IMG/VR virus record: IMGVR_UViG_3300034021_001440
Location: 32,001-96,000 of that record
Reading direction: 5' to 3' (one strand)
DNA: 64,000 nucleotides
Source: a virus
Shown: positions 50,401 to 58,728 of the stretch, in pieces
Layout of the letters: every line of letters begins with the position of its first letter
Position numbering within the stretch: position 1 is the first letter of the stretch
Notes under the pieces: generated by a model
The model's database searches: none
What the model was told of the DNA's origin: nothing
Seen by the model: the letters and a program-made list of their open reading frames with translations, nothing else
Program-made: the position numbers and the translations under genes

Positions 50401-51378
50401 ACAGGTTTTGGAACCGGGGCTCTTCGTCAACAAACCGGGGGATGCAACACTGCAGTGGGTGCCAGCTCCGGTCAAGGTCAACCGGGATCCACTGGTGCTT
50501 GTAACACCACTGTTGGTTACTTTGCCGGTTCCTGCATCACGACTGCCACTGGTGTCTCAGCCATGGGATGGTGCGCCGCCTGTTCTGTTTCTACAGGACT
50601 GAACGCAACGGTTTTTGGATCTGAAGCTGGATGCACTCTCTCAACTGGTATCAACAACACTCTAATTGGCCAACGCGCTGGTTGCGCAATAACCACAGGA
50701 GCCAGTAACACTGCGGTTGGTCAAGCCGCTGGTAAAGAAGGTATAGGAGGAACAAACAACGTTTTGATGGGAGACAACTCCGGTCGTTGTATGACGGGCG
50801 GTAACTTCAACTCCGTACTTGGGTCTCAAGCCTTTAATGGTGCAACTGGTTCTACGCCTAACAACCTGGGTCAGTTCAACACGGCCCTTGGCTATCAGGC
50901 CATGGGTATCTTCACGGGTGGGAATAACAACATTGCCATCGGTTATGCATCTGGCTATACTTTCTGCAACCTGGCGGGCCTCAACAACCAGATTGTGATG
51001 GGTAATGCCTCACATACCAATGCCTTCATTCAAGTCGCATGGACGGTTGTTTCCGACGAGCGCAAGAAAAAGATCAAAGGACCCGTGGCTCTCGGCCTGG
51101 ACTTTGTCAAAAACCTTGAACCCATCGAATACCAGTTTATCGACGAAGAGACTCAAGAGATCAAAGACGAGACATACCGTTATGGTTTCTCAGCTCAAAA
51201 GGTTCGTGCCCAGGAAGTTGACCCTGAGCATCCGGTGATTGTGGGTGGCTCGGATGAAAAAGGTTGGAATCTTACCACCGACTACATGTTGCCGCCTCTG
51301 GTCAATGCCATTCAAGAGCTCTCTGCTCAAGTTGAAGAATTGAAAGCAAAACTTGCTGCCCTCGAGGGTAAAAATTAG
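47434..51378 (+). CDS. extremely Cys-rich tail fibre with 17-aa repeats and S74 chaperone
   Basis: Tandem NTAVGxxALxxNxxGxx repeats; VSDERKK..YGFSAQ..LVNAIQELSAQV. Confidence 0.85.
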   Translation: MALTRAQLLMGNCAQGCVLPGQVQGVKQGAGVCIANDGTISFFAGTSTGVVKTNNPTAFNSYIWPNADGIAGSQLTTDGLGNLAWGPAPGDLFIKLQPTSTQTGAFANITGQAGCVAMTFIAAPNQFAIQTCDGDASLFGVTAGRGSGCVATNTAFGACSLFTNTTGNSNTAIGYKTLCSNQVGNCNTAIGFCSLVSNSAGCLNTAVGYQSQTFTSTGNCNTSIGFCSLYNNTNGGCNTAVGNETLYCNTSGLCNIAVGPRALYCNVSGCCNIAAGLCALQNNTTGCSNLAIGAFASNCNTIACFNFAIGDCALFNNQTVGCNMAIGCKAMFCTTIGTRNLAIGTCSQYNTTTGCYNTTLGHCSIGRGVNAGCCNVAVGFCSLFENTAGLCNIAIGQETMACNTSGCCNIGVGAFALRSNSSGCCNIGIGSQALCCLTTGSCNVGVGTFALCGNTAGLSNTAVGDSAMQNNNTGCFNAAVGSDSLCCIVSGCYNTAAGSCSMVNTTVGASNVGVGFRAMEANQDGSCNVAVGQCALGASSTADCNVVLGFEAAADNCGNRNVVIGHQSGFNGGGNPSDNVIVGALAGCSMTTACCVTLVGACAGQTITNGDFNTHIGALAGFGTNYTGVCNSSLGLRSLCALTTGACNTAVGADAMCSATSGCLNVAVGNQSLQSLVSACGNTALGQTAMQNAVSGCFNVAVGTCSLINNASGCYNTVVGVEAGGAGGASFSCATFVGFNAGVAATTAQLATAVGWCSAANLSTGNCNTAVGACSIFNLSTGCFNTAVGNNAGVSLTTGGCNTAIGFNALCSAASTDANTAVGWCSAASLTTWPNTAVGFRSLTTMATGQYNTAIGTGSLRDLASGVNNTAVGDGAGKCLASGSCNTLIGSNTGQLAGSSFNNATLVGNGAGANLSTAPLATAVGFCAAQALSTGLYNTAVGGCALFSLTSGNLNTAVGMNAGKNMTTGCYNTAFGQGALRDVTTANQNTGFGTGALRQQTGGCNTAVGASSGQGQPGSTGACNTTVGYFAGSCITTATGVSAMGWCAACSVSTGLNATVFGSEAGCTLSTGINNTLIGQRAGCAITTGASNTAVGQAAGKEGIGGTNNVLMGDNSGRCMTGGNFNSVLGSQAFNGATGSTPNNLGQFNTALGYQAMGIFTGGNNNIAIGYASGYTFCNLAGLNNQIVMGNASHTNAFIQVAWTVVSDERKKKIKGPVALGLDFVKNLEPIEYQFIDEETQEIKDETYRYGFSAQKVRAQEVDPEHPVIVGGSDEKGWNLTTDYMLPPLVNAIQELSAQVEELKAKLAALEGKN
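51366..51373 (+). promoter_or_regulatory. GGGTAAAA box
   Basis: 31 nt before ATG 51397. Confidence 0.6.
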
Positions 51379-51396
51379 CCATAAAGGATGCACACA

Positions 51397-51675
51397 ATGA
51401 CACAAGCTCAATTTGATCCCTGGTCTCCCGAAAATCGCCAAAAAGCTGCCGATCGTGTTCTTGACTCAATTCAAGTTTTAGAAGATCTGCAAAAAGGTTG
51501 GAGCCCTGACCTTTCTAGTTCGCCCGAGGATCAGGCAGAAATGAAAAAGCAAGTCTATGACGCAAACCTCCAGTTCCTCAAAAACACCCTCAAAGAACCC
51601 TACTACGAAGGTTTCCTGGATACGAAGCGCGTTGAGGACGCTATTGCTGCTGCTGAAGCTGCCGAGATTTCTTGA
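51397..51675 (+). CDS. small helical protein, possible fibre assembly factor (alternative start 51388)
   Basis: Acidic helical ORF directly after the fibre gene. Confidence 0.55.
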   Translation: MTQAQFDPWSPENRQKAADRVLDSIQVLEDLQKGWSPDLSSSPEDQAEMKKQVYDANLQFLKNTLKEPYYEGFLDTKRVEDAIAAAEAAEIS

Positions 51676-51697
51676 GTTTCTCCAAAACATAATCAAA

Positions 51698-54400
51698 ATG
51701 GCAACGCCCACCACCCCAACCGACGGGACCATTTATCCTCCCAAACCCATTCCTGGCCAGAATCAGTATCGCTATGATGCTGCCACGGCCACCTGGGTTC
51801 CCATCGTCCCCAGTCAGACGGTCACTCCTGGCACTTATGGTTCTTCCACAAGTGTCGGGAGATTCACTGTTGACACATCGGGGGCGATTTATTTTGCTGA
51901 GGATTTGCCCATTCCCATTTCCTCCACGCAAACACAGGGTTTGGTTCAGCTCGTTGACAATACCTCAACGAACGATAGCACCAAAGCCCTGACAGCGGCA
52001 GCTGGTTATCAGCTTCAGCAGGAGCTGGATGCAAAAGCCGATGGCACTGTCAAACGGGTGAATACCGGCCTCGGTCTCACCGGCGGGCCAATCACGGTGA
52101 CTGGCACCGTCAGTATGACAGAAACAGGGGTCACCCCTGGGTCATACACTCTGGCAAGCATCACTGTGGATTCCACAGGGCGAATCACCACGGCATCAAG
52201 TGGCACCCCTGGAATCACAGGAATCGTCGCTGGAACAGGGCTCTCGGGTGGAGGCACCTCGGGAACAATCACTCTGAACAACACCGGAGTTCTGTCTCTG
52301 ACGGCAGGGTCTGGAATCAGTCTTGACGCAAGCACGGGCAACATCACAATCGCCACCACGGGTGCCGGCACTGGCACAGTGACCCAGGTGAATACTGGAA
52401 CTGGCCTGACAGGTGGTCCAATCACCACGTCGGGAACTATTTCTCTGGCGGCAACGGGGGCAACCGCAGGAAGTTATACAAACGCAAACATCACGATTGA
52501 CGCTTTCGGTCGCATCTCGAGTGCCTCGAATGGAACCAATGGCACCGTGACTTCAGTCGGCACCGGCCCTGGTTTGACAGGTGGGCCGATCACCACAATT
52601 GGCACAGTCCAGTTGGCAACTTCTGGTGTTTCCGCAGGCAACTACACCAGCGCCAACATCACAGTTGACACCTTTGGCAGAATCACTGCGGCAGCCAATG
52701 GCCCCGGTGGCACCATCACGCAAGTTATCGCTGGCACAGGTCTTTCCGGTGGCGGTTCATCCGGCGCTGTGACTCTCAATAACACTGGCGTGCTTTCACT
52801 GGCTGCCAGCACAGGAATCAGTGTGTCTGGAAGCACAGGCAACATCACCATCGGCAACACGGGGGTGACTTCTGCTGTGGCTGGCACAGGAATTTCTGTC
52901 AACGCAGCAACGGGTGCAGTCACTTTCACCAACACTGGCGTGACTTCTCTGACTGCTGGCACGGGGGTGACGCTCTCGGGATCAACCGGTGGTATCACAA
53001 TCTCCTCGACTGGACTCGGTGGCACGGTGACCTCGGTCACTGCGGGGTCTGGTTTGGCCACGACTCCTGCCGCAGGCATCACCACAAGTGGCTCAGTCTC
53101 GATTGCCACCGGGGGCATCGTCAACTCGATGGTTTCCAACACCGCTGCAATTGCTGCCACGAAACTATCGTTCACACAAACTGGCACCGGTGCAGTCACA
53201 GAAACTGTTCAAGCAAAGCTCGAAGAAATGATTTCTGTGTATGACTTTGGCGCAACGGGCGACGGCGTCACCAACGACACAACTGCGGTTCAGAACGCGA
53301 TCAACGAGGCTTCGGCCCGTGGCGGTGGCACGGTGGTGTTTCCTTCGGGCACCTTTGCCTGCACCCAACTGAACGTTCCTTCTGATGTGACACTGTTTGG
53401 GTTGGGGGGAGTTATCAAAACTTTCGGCACAATTGGATACCAGATTCGACTCGCAGCCAATGCAACGAACGTCGGTGTTCTGAACATAGAATTCTCAAGC
53501 CCTGGTCTCGACCCAGCCGCCGGAGGGGGCAACTCTGCCGTCATTAACTCAAACGGAATAAACACAAATTGCCGTTTCGAAAACAATTCTTTCCTGAACA
53601 TTCCTACGAATCTTGGGCAAAGAATGAGCGCGATTCTTGGAGACTGGGATGCCTGCCGTGTGGCTTTCAACTATTGTGCGCAGTGTGGTGGAGACATTTA
53701 CAACTTCAACTCGGGCTATAATGTTGTTGTCGGAAACATTGCCTTGAATGGTGGCGACGGTGGCATCGCGTTCAACAACGGAGCGTATGGTGAAATCGTT
53801 GGAAACAGAATCTATAAGTGTAGCCTGGGAATTGGGTCAGGTCCACAAGGAACAACCGCCAATAACTTCAACTTCTTCACAATTTCAGGAAACACGATCG
53901 ACTCTTGCGACTACGGAATCAACATGGGGTGGTTTGCCTTTGCTGGTCGTGAAGGCCCAACGAATGTTTCCATCACCGGCAACACGATCACACGTTGCAA
54001 AAACTTTGCGATTTCTTACAACGGAAATAGCACCGTGGCAGGCGTGGCCAAATACATTGACATTGTTGGAAATGTTTTCGGATTCATGGGAACTGCTGAC
54101 TACGATGGGACAACAAACCCGAACGCTGACGGTGTAGTTTTGGACTATTGCAGCGAAGCAAACTGCAGCGATAACATTTTTCACGACATTCCAAATCGGG
54201 GCATTCGCTCTGTGGGTTCTGAAGGAGTCACTGTCACTTCAAACACTTTCCGCAACATAACCGGCACTGCGGTTTTCTTTGACCCTGGAAGCACACGTTT
54301 CATCATCTCCCTGAACCAAATCAAGGCAGCTGGCACAGGCATCAACACAGGTGCGGGTTCTACCAACTTCATCAACCTCAATAACCTCGTGACACCCTAA
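51698..54400 (+). CDS. tailspike with pectate-lyase-like right-handed beta-helix
   Basis: ISVYDFGATGDGVTNDTTAVQNAIN..GGGTVVFPSGTF followed by GN.I repeats; start revised to MATPTT. Confidence 0.85.
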   Translation: MATPTTPTDGTIYPPKPIPGQNQYRYDAATATWVPIVPSQTVTPGTYGSSTSVGRFTVDTSGAIYFAEDLPIPISSTQTQGLVQLVDNTSTNDSTKALTAAAGYQLQQELDAKADGTVKRVNTGLGLTGGPITVTGTVSMTETGVTPGSYTLASITVDSTGRITTASSGTPGITGIVAGTGLSGGGTSGTITLNNTGVLSLTAGSGISLDASTGNITIATTGAGTGTVTQVNTGTGLTGGPITTSGTISLAATGATAGSYTNANITIDAFGRISSASNGTNGTVTSVGTGPGLTGGPITTIGTVQLATSGVSAGNYTSANITVDTFGRITAAANGPGGTITQVIAGTGLSGGGSSGAVTLNNTGVLSLAASTGISVSGSTGNITIGNTGVTSAVAGTGISVNAATGAVTFTNTGVTSLTAGTGVTLSGSTGGITISSTGLGGTVTSVTAGSGLATTPAAGITTSGSVSIATGGIVNSMVSNTAAIAATKLSFTQTGTGAVTETVQAKLEEMISVYDFGATGDGVTNDTTAVQNAINEASARGGGTVVFPSGTFACTQLNVPSDVTLFGLGGVIKTFGTIGYQIRLAANATNVGVLNIEFSSPGLDPAAGGGNSAVINSNGINTNCRFENNSFLNIPTNLGQRMSAILGDWDACRVAFNYCAQCGGDIYNFNSGYNVVVGNIALNGGDGGIAFNNGAYGEIVGNRIYKCSLGIGSGPQGTTANNFNFFTISGNTIDSCDYGINMGWFAFAGREGPTNVSITGNTITRCKNFAISYNGNSTVAGVAKYIDIVGNVFGFMGTADYDGTTNPNADGVVLDYCSEANCSDNIFHDIPNRGIRSVGSEGVTVTSNTFRNITGTAVFFDPGSTRFIISLNQIKAAGTGINTGAGSTNFINLNNLVTP

Positions 54401-54402
54401 CC

Positions 54403-54410
54403 GGGTAAAA
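54403..54410 (+). promoter_or_regulatory. GGGTAAAA box
   Basis: 36 nt before GTG 54439. Confidence 0.7.
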
Positions 54411-54438
54411 CCTATTATAATCGATAAACGAAAGCGCA

Positions 54439-56715
54439 GTGGCACTGTTATCTTTTCCATCACCTGCTGTCAACGGTCAACTGTACCCTGCGACGCCTGT
54501 TGCTGGGCAAAATCAATATCAGTGGGAGACGGCAACCAACACATGGAGACTGCTCGGGGCAGCAACCGGTGTGATTCCGGGAGTGTATGGTGACGTCAAT
54601 AACATTCCGCAGATTACTGTTGATGCCACGGGGCGCATCACAGTTGCCACAAATATTGCCATCGGTGCCAACTATGTAAAGACAAACAATACAAGCGCGT
54701 ACAATAATTACGTTTGGCCCAATGCCGATGGCGGTGCCTCTGATATTCTGACAACGGACGGTTCGGGCAACCTGGCCTGGCAAAGTTTCCCGTTCACCAA
54801 CTATTGGCAACTGATCGGTTCGACTCTGCTGCCTGCCACGCCTGGGCAAACCCTGGCCATCACAGACTCTGGCTCCAACTTCACATTTGTCACAGACCCA
54901 GCCACAAAAGAAACAGAGTTTCTTGACGGCACGACTGCCGTTGTTGTGACTCCGAATGCGGCGGGAGTTTCCACGATTGCCGTGTCTGGGGCAGGTTCCC
55001 TTGCTCAACCGCTTGGTCTTTTGGGCTCTGACTTCAGCGTCTCTGCCTATGGAAACTCATATCTCAACACTCCGTCCAATCTCACTTTCACACAGTCACT
55101 CTTCAGTGTCAGCACTCCGATCTCAACCGACGCTGCCCTGACGGTCAACGCTGGCACAGCCAATAGCTTCTCCACTCCGCCCTCACGCGGAACCAGCGGT
55201 CAAATCCTGGTCACCAACGGTGACGGAACCACATCGTGGGTCACCAACCCTGAGCAAGGATGGTGGGCTCGCTCTGGCAGCAACCTCTATCCCGAGAACA
55301 ACGGTGACAACGTACAGATTCGAAGCCTGGCAAATATTCCTGTCATTGAGCTCAACTCGGACGGCACTGCCTCTTTCATCAAAGGCAATCAAAGTCTTTT
55401 CATCACACCTCAGGACATCACCGGCAACGTTGAACTGAAAGTTATCAACCTGCCGGGAGCGGGAAGTCTCAACGTTGACGCCAACTCTGTAAACCTGCGT
55501 GCTTTTGGTGGAGCCTACACCAACCCGCCAACGCAGTTCCTTCTCAATCACACACAAGGCATCACATTTGACGCCGACATCTCTGGCACCCGTCGCAATC
55601 TTTTGACGGCAAACCTGGACGGGGACTTTGAAGTTGGATACAATATTGACTTCGGCGCTCCTGCTTTGTCGGTTGATGGCTTGCTCGGAAACACTCGCGT
55701 CGGTGGTATTCTGACGGTCAACAACGGTGTTGGCCCTGGACCCACCCCTGGTCCGAACTCATACGCCTTCCCCAACAACCGTGGCATCGCTGGCTACGTG
55801 CTGATGACAAACGCAGACGGCTCCACAAAGTGGGAGAACGTGGCACTGTTGAGTGGTTACTGGACGCAATCGCTTTCTGGTCTGGACTTGTATCCGACAC
55901 AGGCTGGACAGAACGTGTTCATTCGTGACTCTGCAAGCAACAATGCGATTGAGCTTTTTGCTGCTGGTTACATTGTTGCCTACGGCGGTGACGTCAATGA
56001 TCCAACTTATGCGGTGGCCAACAACGGCACCGGCATGTACGGCACGAACAGTGAGCTGGACTTTGCCGTCAATGGTCTGCAAGTTGCGAAGATCGACCAG
56101 AATTATTTCTACAGCTACGGTGAAATCCAGATGGAAGGGGTGGCAACCAACCCCGGCACCACAGCTGTGTTTGAAAATGACAACGCTGCCCTGCGTTTCG
56201 TTGCCAGCTCTGACCCCCTCGTTCTCAAGAACATCGAGTTTGAAATCGGTGAGAACATTCAGGCGGGTTTCTTCAACAACACCGGAGACTTTGCCGTTGT
56301 TCAGGGCAACGCCTCGGTCGGTTCGGCAAACATTGTCACATACATTGACTCAACCACTCTGGCAGTCGGCAGCGCCAGTGCCAACCAAGGCGGCCTCTTC
56401 AAATACGTCTCGGCGTTCAATGGTGGCGACGGCGTTGAAACATACCAGGACGAAGCCACTGGCGACTGGAACCTGAGAATGGATCACACGGCAACTCCGG
56501 TTGTCACAGTCAATGCCACTGACATCAACCTGGACACAAACCTGGATGTTGCCGGAGACACCACTCTCAATGGCAATCTGTTCTATCCTGCACCGACTGT
56601 TCCTCCTGCCTCTGCTTCACCTGGCACACCGGGACAGATTGCGTGGGATGCCAACTATATTTATGTTTGCGTTGCTCTGAATACTTGGAAGCGTTCGCCG
56701 CTGGCCACCTGGTAA
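54439..56715 (+). CDS. tail fibre protein
   Basis: G..GQ.L.T.G.G...W repeats; C-terminal GTPGQIAWDANYIYVCVALNTWKR. Confidence 0.8.
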   Translation: MALLSFPSPAVNGQLYPATPVAGQNQYQWETATNTWRLLGAATGVIPGVYGDVNNIPQITVDATGRITVATNIAIGANYVKTNNTSAYNNYVWPNADGGASDILTTDGSGNLAWQSFPFTNYWQLIGSTLLPATPGQTLAITDSGSNFTFVTDPATKETEFLDGTTAVVVTPNAAGVSTIAVSGAGSLAQPLGLLGSDFSVSAYGNSYLNTPSNLTFTQSLFSVSTPISTDAALTVNAGTANSFSTPPSRGTSGQILVTNGDGTTSWVTNPEQGWWARSGSNLYPENNGDNVQIRSLANIPVIELNSDGTASFIKGNQSLFITPQDITGNVELKVINLPGAGSLNVDANSVNLRAFGGAYTNPPTQFLLNHTQGITFDADISGTRRNLLTANLDGDFEVGYNIDFGAPALSVDGLLGNTRVGGILTVNNGVGPGPTPGPNSYAFPNNRGIAGYVLMTNADGSTKWENVALLSGYWTQSLSGLDLYPTQAGQNVFIRDSASNNAIELFAAGYIVAYGGDVNDPTYAVANNGTGMYGTNSELDFAVNGLQVAKIDQNYFYSYGEIQMEGVATNPGTTAVFENDNAALRFVASSDPLVLKNIEFEIGENIQAGFFNNTGDFAVVQGNASVGSANIVTYIDSTTLAVGSASANQGGLFKYVSAFNGGDGVETYQDEATGDWNLRMDHTATPVVTVNATDINLDTNLDVAGDTTLNGNLFYPAPTVPPASASPGTPGQIAWDANYIYVCVALNTWKRSPLATW

Positions 56716-57468
56716 TCAGAAGTCCAGCGACAAGTCTTCGGGGTCTTCGGCAGCGAATGACCCAATCAACTCTAGGGGAGTGACATAACCGTCGCTCCCT
56801 TTTGATCTATTTGCCGTGGCACACACCATCGCGTACCGTGCGTGATCTCTGTGAAAATCTTGCCATTCTTCCCAGAGTTCGCTGTCTTTGAATCTTTTCT
56901 TTGTGGGCGGACCACACAGTGTCAGATCTGTGTATTGCAACTCCAACGAACTGATAAACCGGTCGGCAATTTCTGAAAAAGTCATACCAACGTGGTCAAT
57001 GTCCGTGCGCATACCTTTGCGAATCTTGAGTCCCGACAAAGGACAGAGAATCGGCAACTCCACGCCTTTGCGATACTCCTGAAGCTGTTCCAGAATGCCA
57101 CCCCTCATCGCTGCCTTGACGGCATTGTAATGTTTCTCTTCTGGCGTGGCCGAGGTTACGATTCGCTTGACGGGATATAATTCATCAATAAGTTTTGCTT
57201 TGCCAATCGGTTGCCGTGTGCTCCCGCGCTCCAACGAAAGCATCTTCACTCGGCGCCCAGCAGCAGTGTCCAGATATCTCAACCTCACCTGCACTTCAGA
57301 GTCAGAAGCCATCTTGCCCCAACGCTCCGTCAGTCGACAGGATCTCAGTACAAACTCTGCCGGCTCTCCAATTATCAAGCTGTTTGCACGGTGGTTGTTG
57401 ATGATGCGGGAAAGTTTCGAAGAATAGTCAGTCTTCGTCAGTCCAAAAGTTTCGCGGCCAAGTGTCAT
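56716..57468 (-). CDS. DCL/DUF3223-like protein with HNH-like C-terminus
   Basis: CPLSG..DIDH...FSEI..WQDFH..CATANRSKG; start MTLGRE supported by the motif. Confidence 0.6.
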   Translation of the reverse strand: MTLGRETFGLTKTDYSSKLSRIINNHRANSLIIGEPAEFVLRSCRLTERWGKMASDSEVQVRLRYLDTAAGRRVKMLSLERGSTRQPIGKAKLIDELYPVKRIVTSATPEEKHYNAVKAAMRGGILEQLQEYRKGVELPILCPLSGLKIRKGMRTDIDHVGMTFSEIADRFISSLELQYTDLTLCGPPTKKRFKDSELWEEWQDFHRDHARYAMVCATANRSKGSDGYVTPLELIGSFAAEDPEDLSLDF

Positions 57469-57492
57469 GGGTGCCGTGTTGTGTCTATGAAA

Positions 57493-57500
57493 ATTTACCC
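57493..57500 (-). promoter_or_regulatory. GGGTAAAT variant box on the minus strand
   Basis: 32 nt before minus-strand ATG 57468. Confidence 0.6.
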
Positions 57501-57501
57501 G

Positions 57502-57528
57502 TTTACCGACGGCGGCGGGAGCTATACT
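57502..57528 (+). promoter_or_regulatory. sigma70-like promoter TTTACC-N15-TATACT
   Basis: Heads the 57555 gene cluster. Confidence 0.5.
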
Positions 57529-57554
57529 GCAAAGAGACATGAGGTGTCCACGAT

Positions 57555-57908
57555 GTGACCACAATCATTCGCAGGCGCGAAGACTTGCGTTTGCTTCAAG
57601 GAACAGAGGTGCTCGTGTCTGGGCGCTTGAAAGAGTATCGCCGCCACGAAAAGCGACGGGACCTTGATACGCTGCTCCTTGTAAACCTAATCGTTACTCC
57701 GATCCCACTCGGTGAGTCGATCTTTTTGAGTCATCTGTGGTTCTTGCGACGACAGTTTCGAAAGATTGGAAAAGTGCCAGAGCAAAGCCAAAGGATACAG
57801 TTTATTGGAGAAGTGTACTCTTATCGACGTCTCGGAGGTAAGAGCATCGACCGAGGGCTTTTCAACACCACCGACTTCGGTATCAAACCTCTACGCTATG
57901 AAGATTAA
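57555..57908 (+). CDS. hypothetical basic protein
   Basis: 117-aa ORF, GTG start with GAGG upstream. Confidence 0.65.
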   Translation: MTTIIRRREDLRLLQGTEVLVSGRLKEYRRHEKRRDLDTLLLVNLIVTPIPLGESIFLSHLWFLRRQFRKIGKVPEQSQRIQFIGEVYSYRRLGGKSIDRGLFNTTDFGIKPLRYED

Positions 57909-58104
57909 CATAACCAACCGGTTCACCGCCCAAGGCACCGAGTTCTATGAGTGGGATCTCTGGGACGGTCCAGCCGACAGCTCCGACCATGCTCACGGTT
58001 ATGCCACCGACCTTGTGCATGCTTTTTCAAAAATTCTTGAGTGGCGCGAACGAATTGCAAACGACTATGCCGACCTCTTCACTGACACAGAACAAGCTGG
58101 CTGA
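57898..58104 (+). CDS. hypothetical protein
   Basis: Start revised to MKINIT. Confidence 0.55.
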   Translation: MKINITNRFTAQGTEFYEWDLWDGPADSSDHAHGYATDLVHAFSKILEWRERIANDYADLFTDTEQAG

Positions 58105-58696
58105 ATACAAAACCAATGCAAAGCAGTGGGCTCAGGAGCGACTTGCCGATGAGAACACCGTCATTATTGACATTGAAAGCACGGGCTTGCTTCACCAGGA
58201 CCCGGACACGGAGATCGTTCAAATTTGTATTCTGAACGTTCACTCTCGTCCTCTTTTCAGCATGATGCTGAAACCTTCGCAACCAATGAAGGAGGAAGTG
58301 ATTGCCATTCACAAAATCAGCAATGAGCAAATCTTTAATCAGCCTCTGTTCCCGCAAGTTGCAAAGATTATTGCTTTCACTCTGAAGGACAAACACGTCG
58401 TGTCCTGGAATATGGACTTTGACTGGAAGCTCCTGATGCACATGTTCAAAAAGTATGAGCAGGAAACTCCAAAGATTGCCGGGGCCTCCTGCGCGATGGA
58501 TCGTTATTCCGAGTGGTCGGGTGAGTGGTCGTCGAAAAAAGATGGCTTCAAATGGCAACGCCTCCCCAACTTTCTCGGCGAAGAGTCGCACGACGCCATC
58601 AACGATTGCCGCAATGCTTTGAAAGCAATGCAAAAAATGGCAGGGTTGTTCAACGAAGAGCAACTCACTGCATCAGACATTGACTTGGATTTCTGA
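58067..58696 (+). CDS. DEDDh 3'-5' exonuclease (DnaQ-like)
   Basis: IIDIESTGL, WNMDFD, HDAINDC. Confidence 0.88.
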   Translation: MPTSSLTQNKLAEYKTNAKQWAQERLADENTVIIDIESTGLLHQDPDTEIVQICILNVHSRPLFSMMLKPSQPMKEEVIAIHKISNEQIFNQPLFPQVAKIIAFTLKDKHVVSWNMDFDWKLLMHMFKKYEQETPKIAGASCAMDRYSEWSGEWSSKKDGFKWQRLPNFLGEESHDAINDCRNALKAMQKMAGLFNEEQLTASDIDLDF

Positions 58697-58708
58697 TGTG
58701 GGTATAAC
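58680..58708 (+). promoter_or_regulatory. sigma70-like promoter TTGACT-N17-TATAAC
   Basis: Upstream of the endonuclease ATG 58729; also reads as GGGTATAA. Confidence 0.5.
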
Positions 58709-58728
58709 TTTGTAAATGCTGACGGTCG

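Noticed and set aside
47434-51378. Genetic-code reassignment as the cause of Cys excess
   Set aside because: TGC/TGT occupy normal Cys sites elsewhere (CxxC fingers, collar CDG) and all three stops are used normally; the excess is regional
33224-56715. Diversity-generating retroelement or invertase shufflon
   Set aside because: No reverse transcriptase or recombinase in the window, no adenine-specific repeat pair, no inverted cassettes
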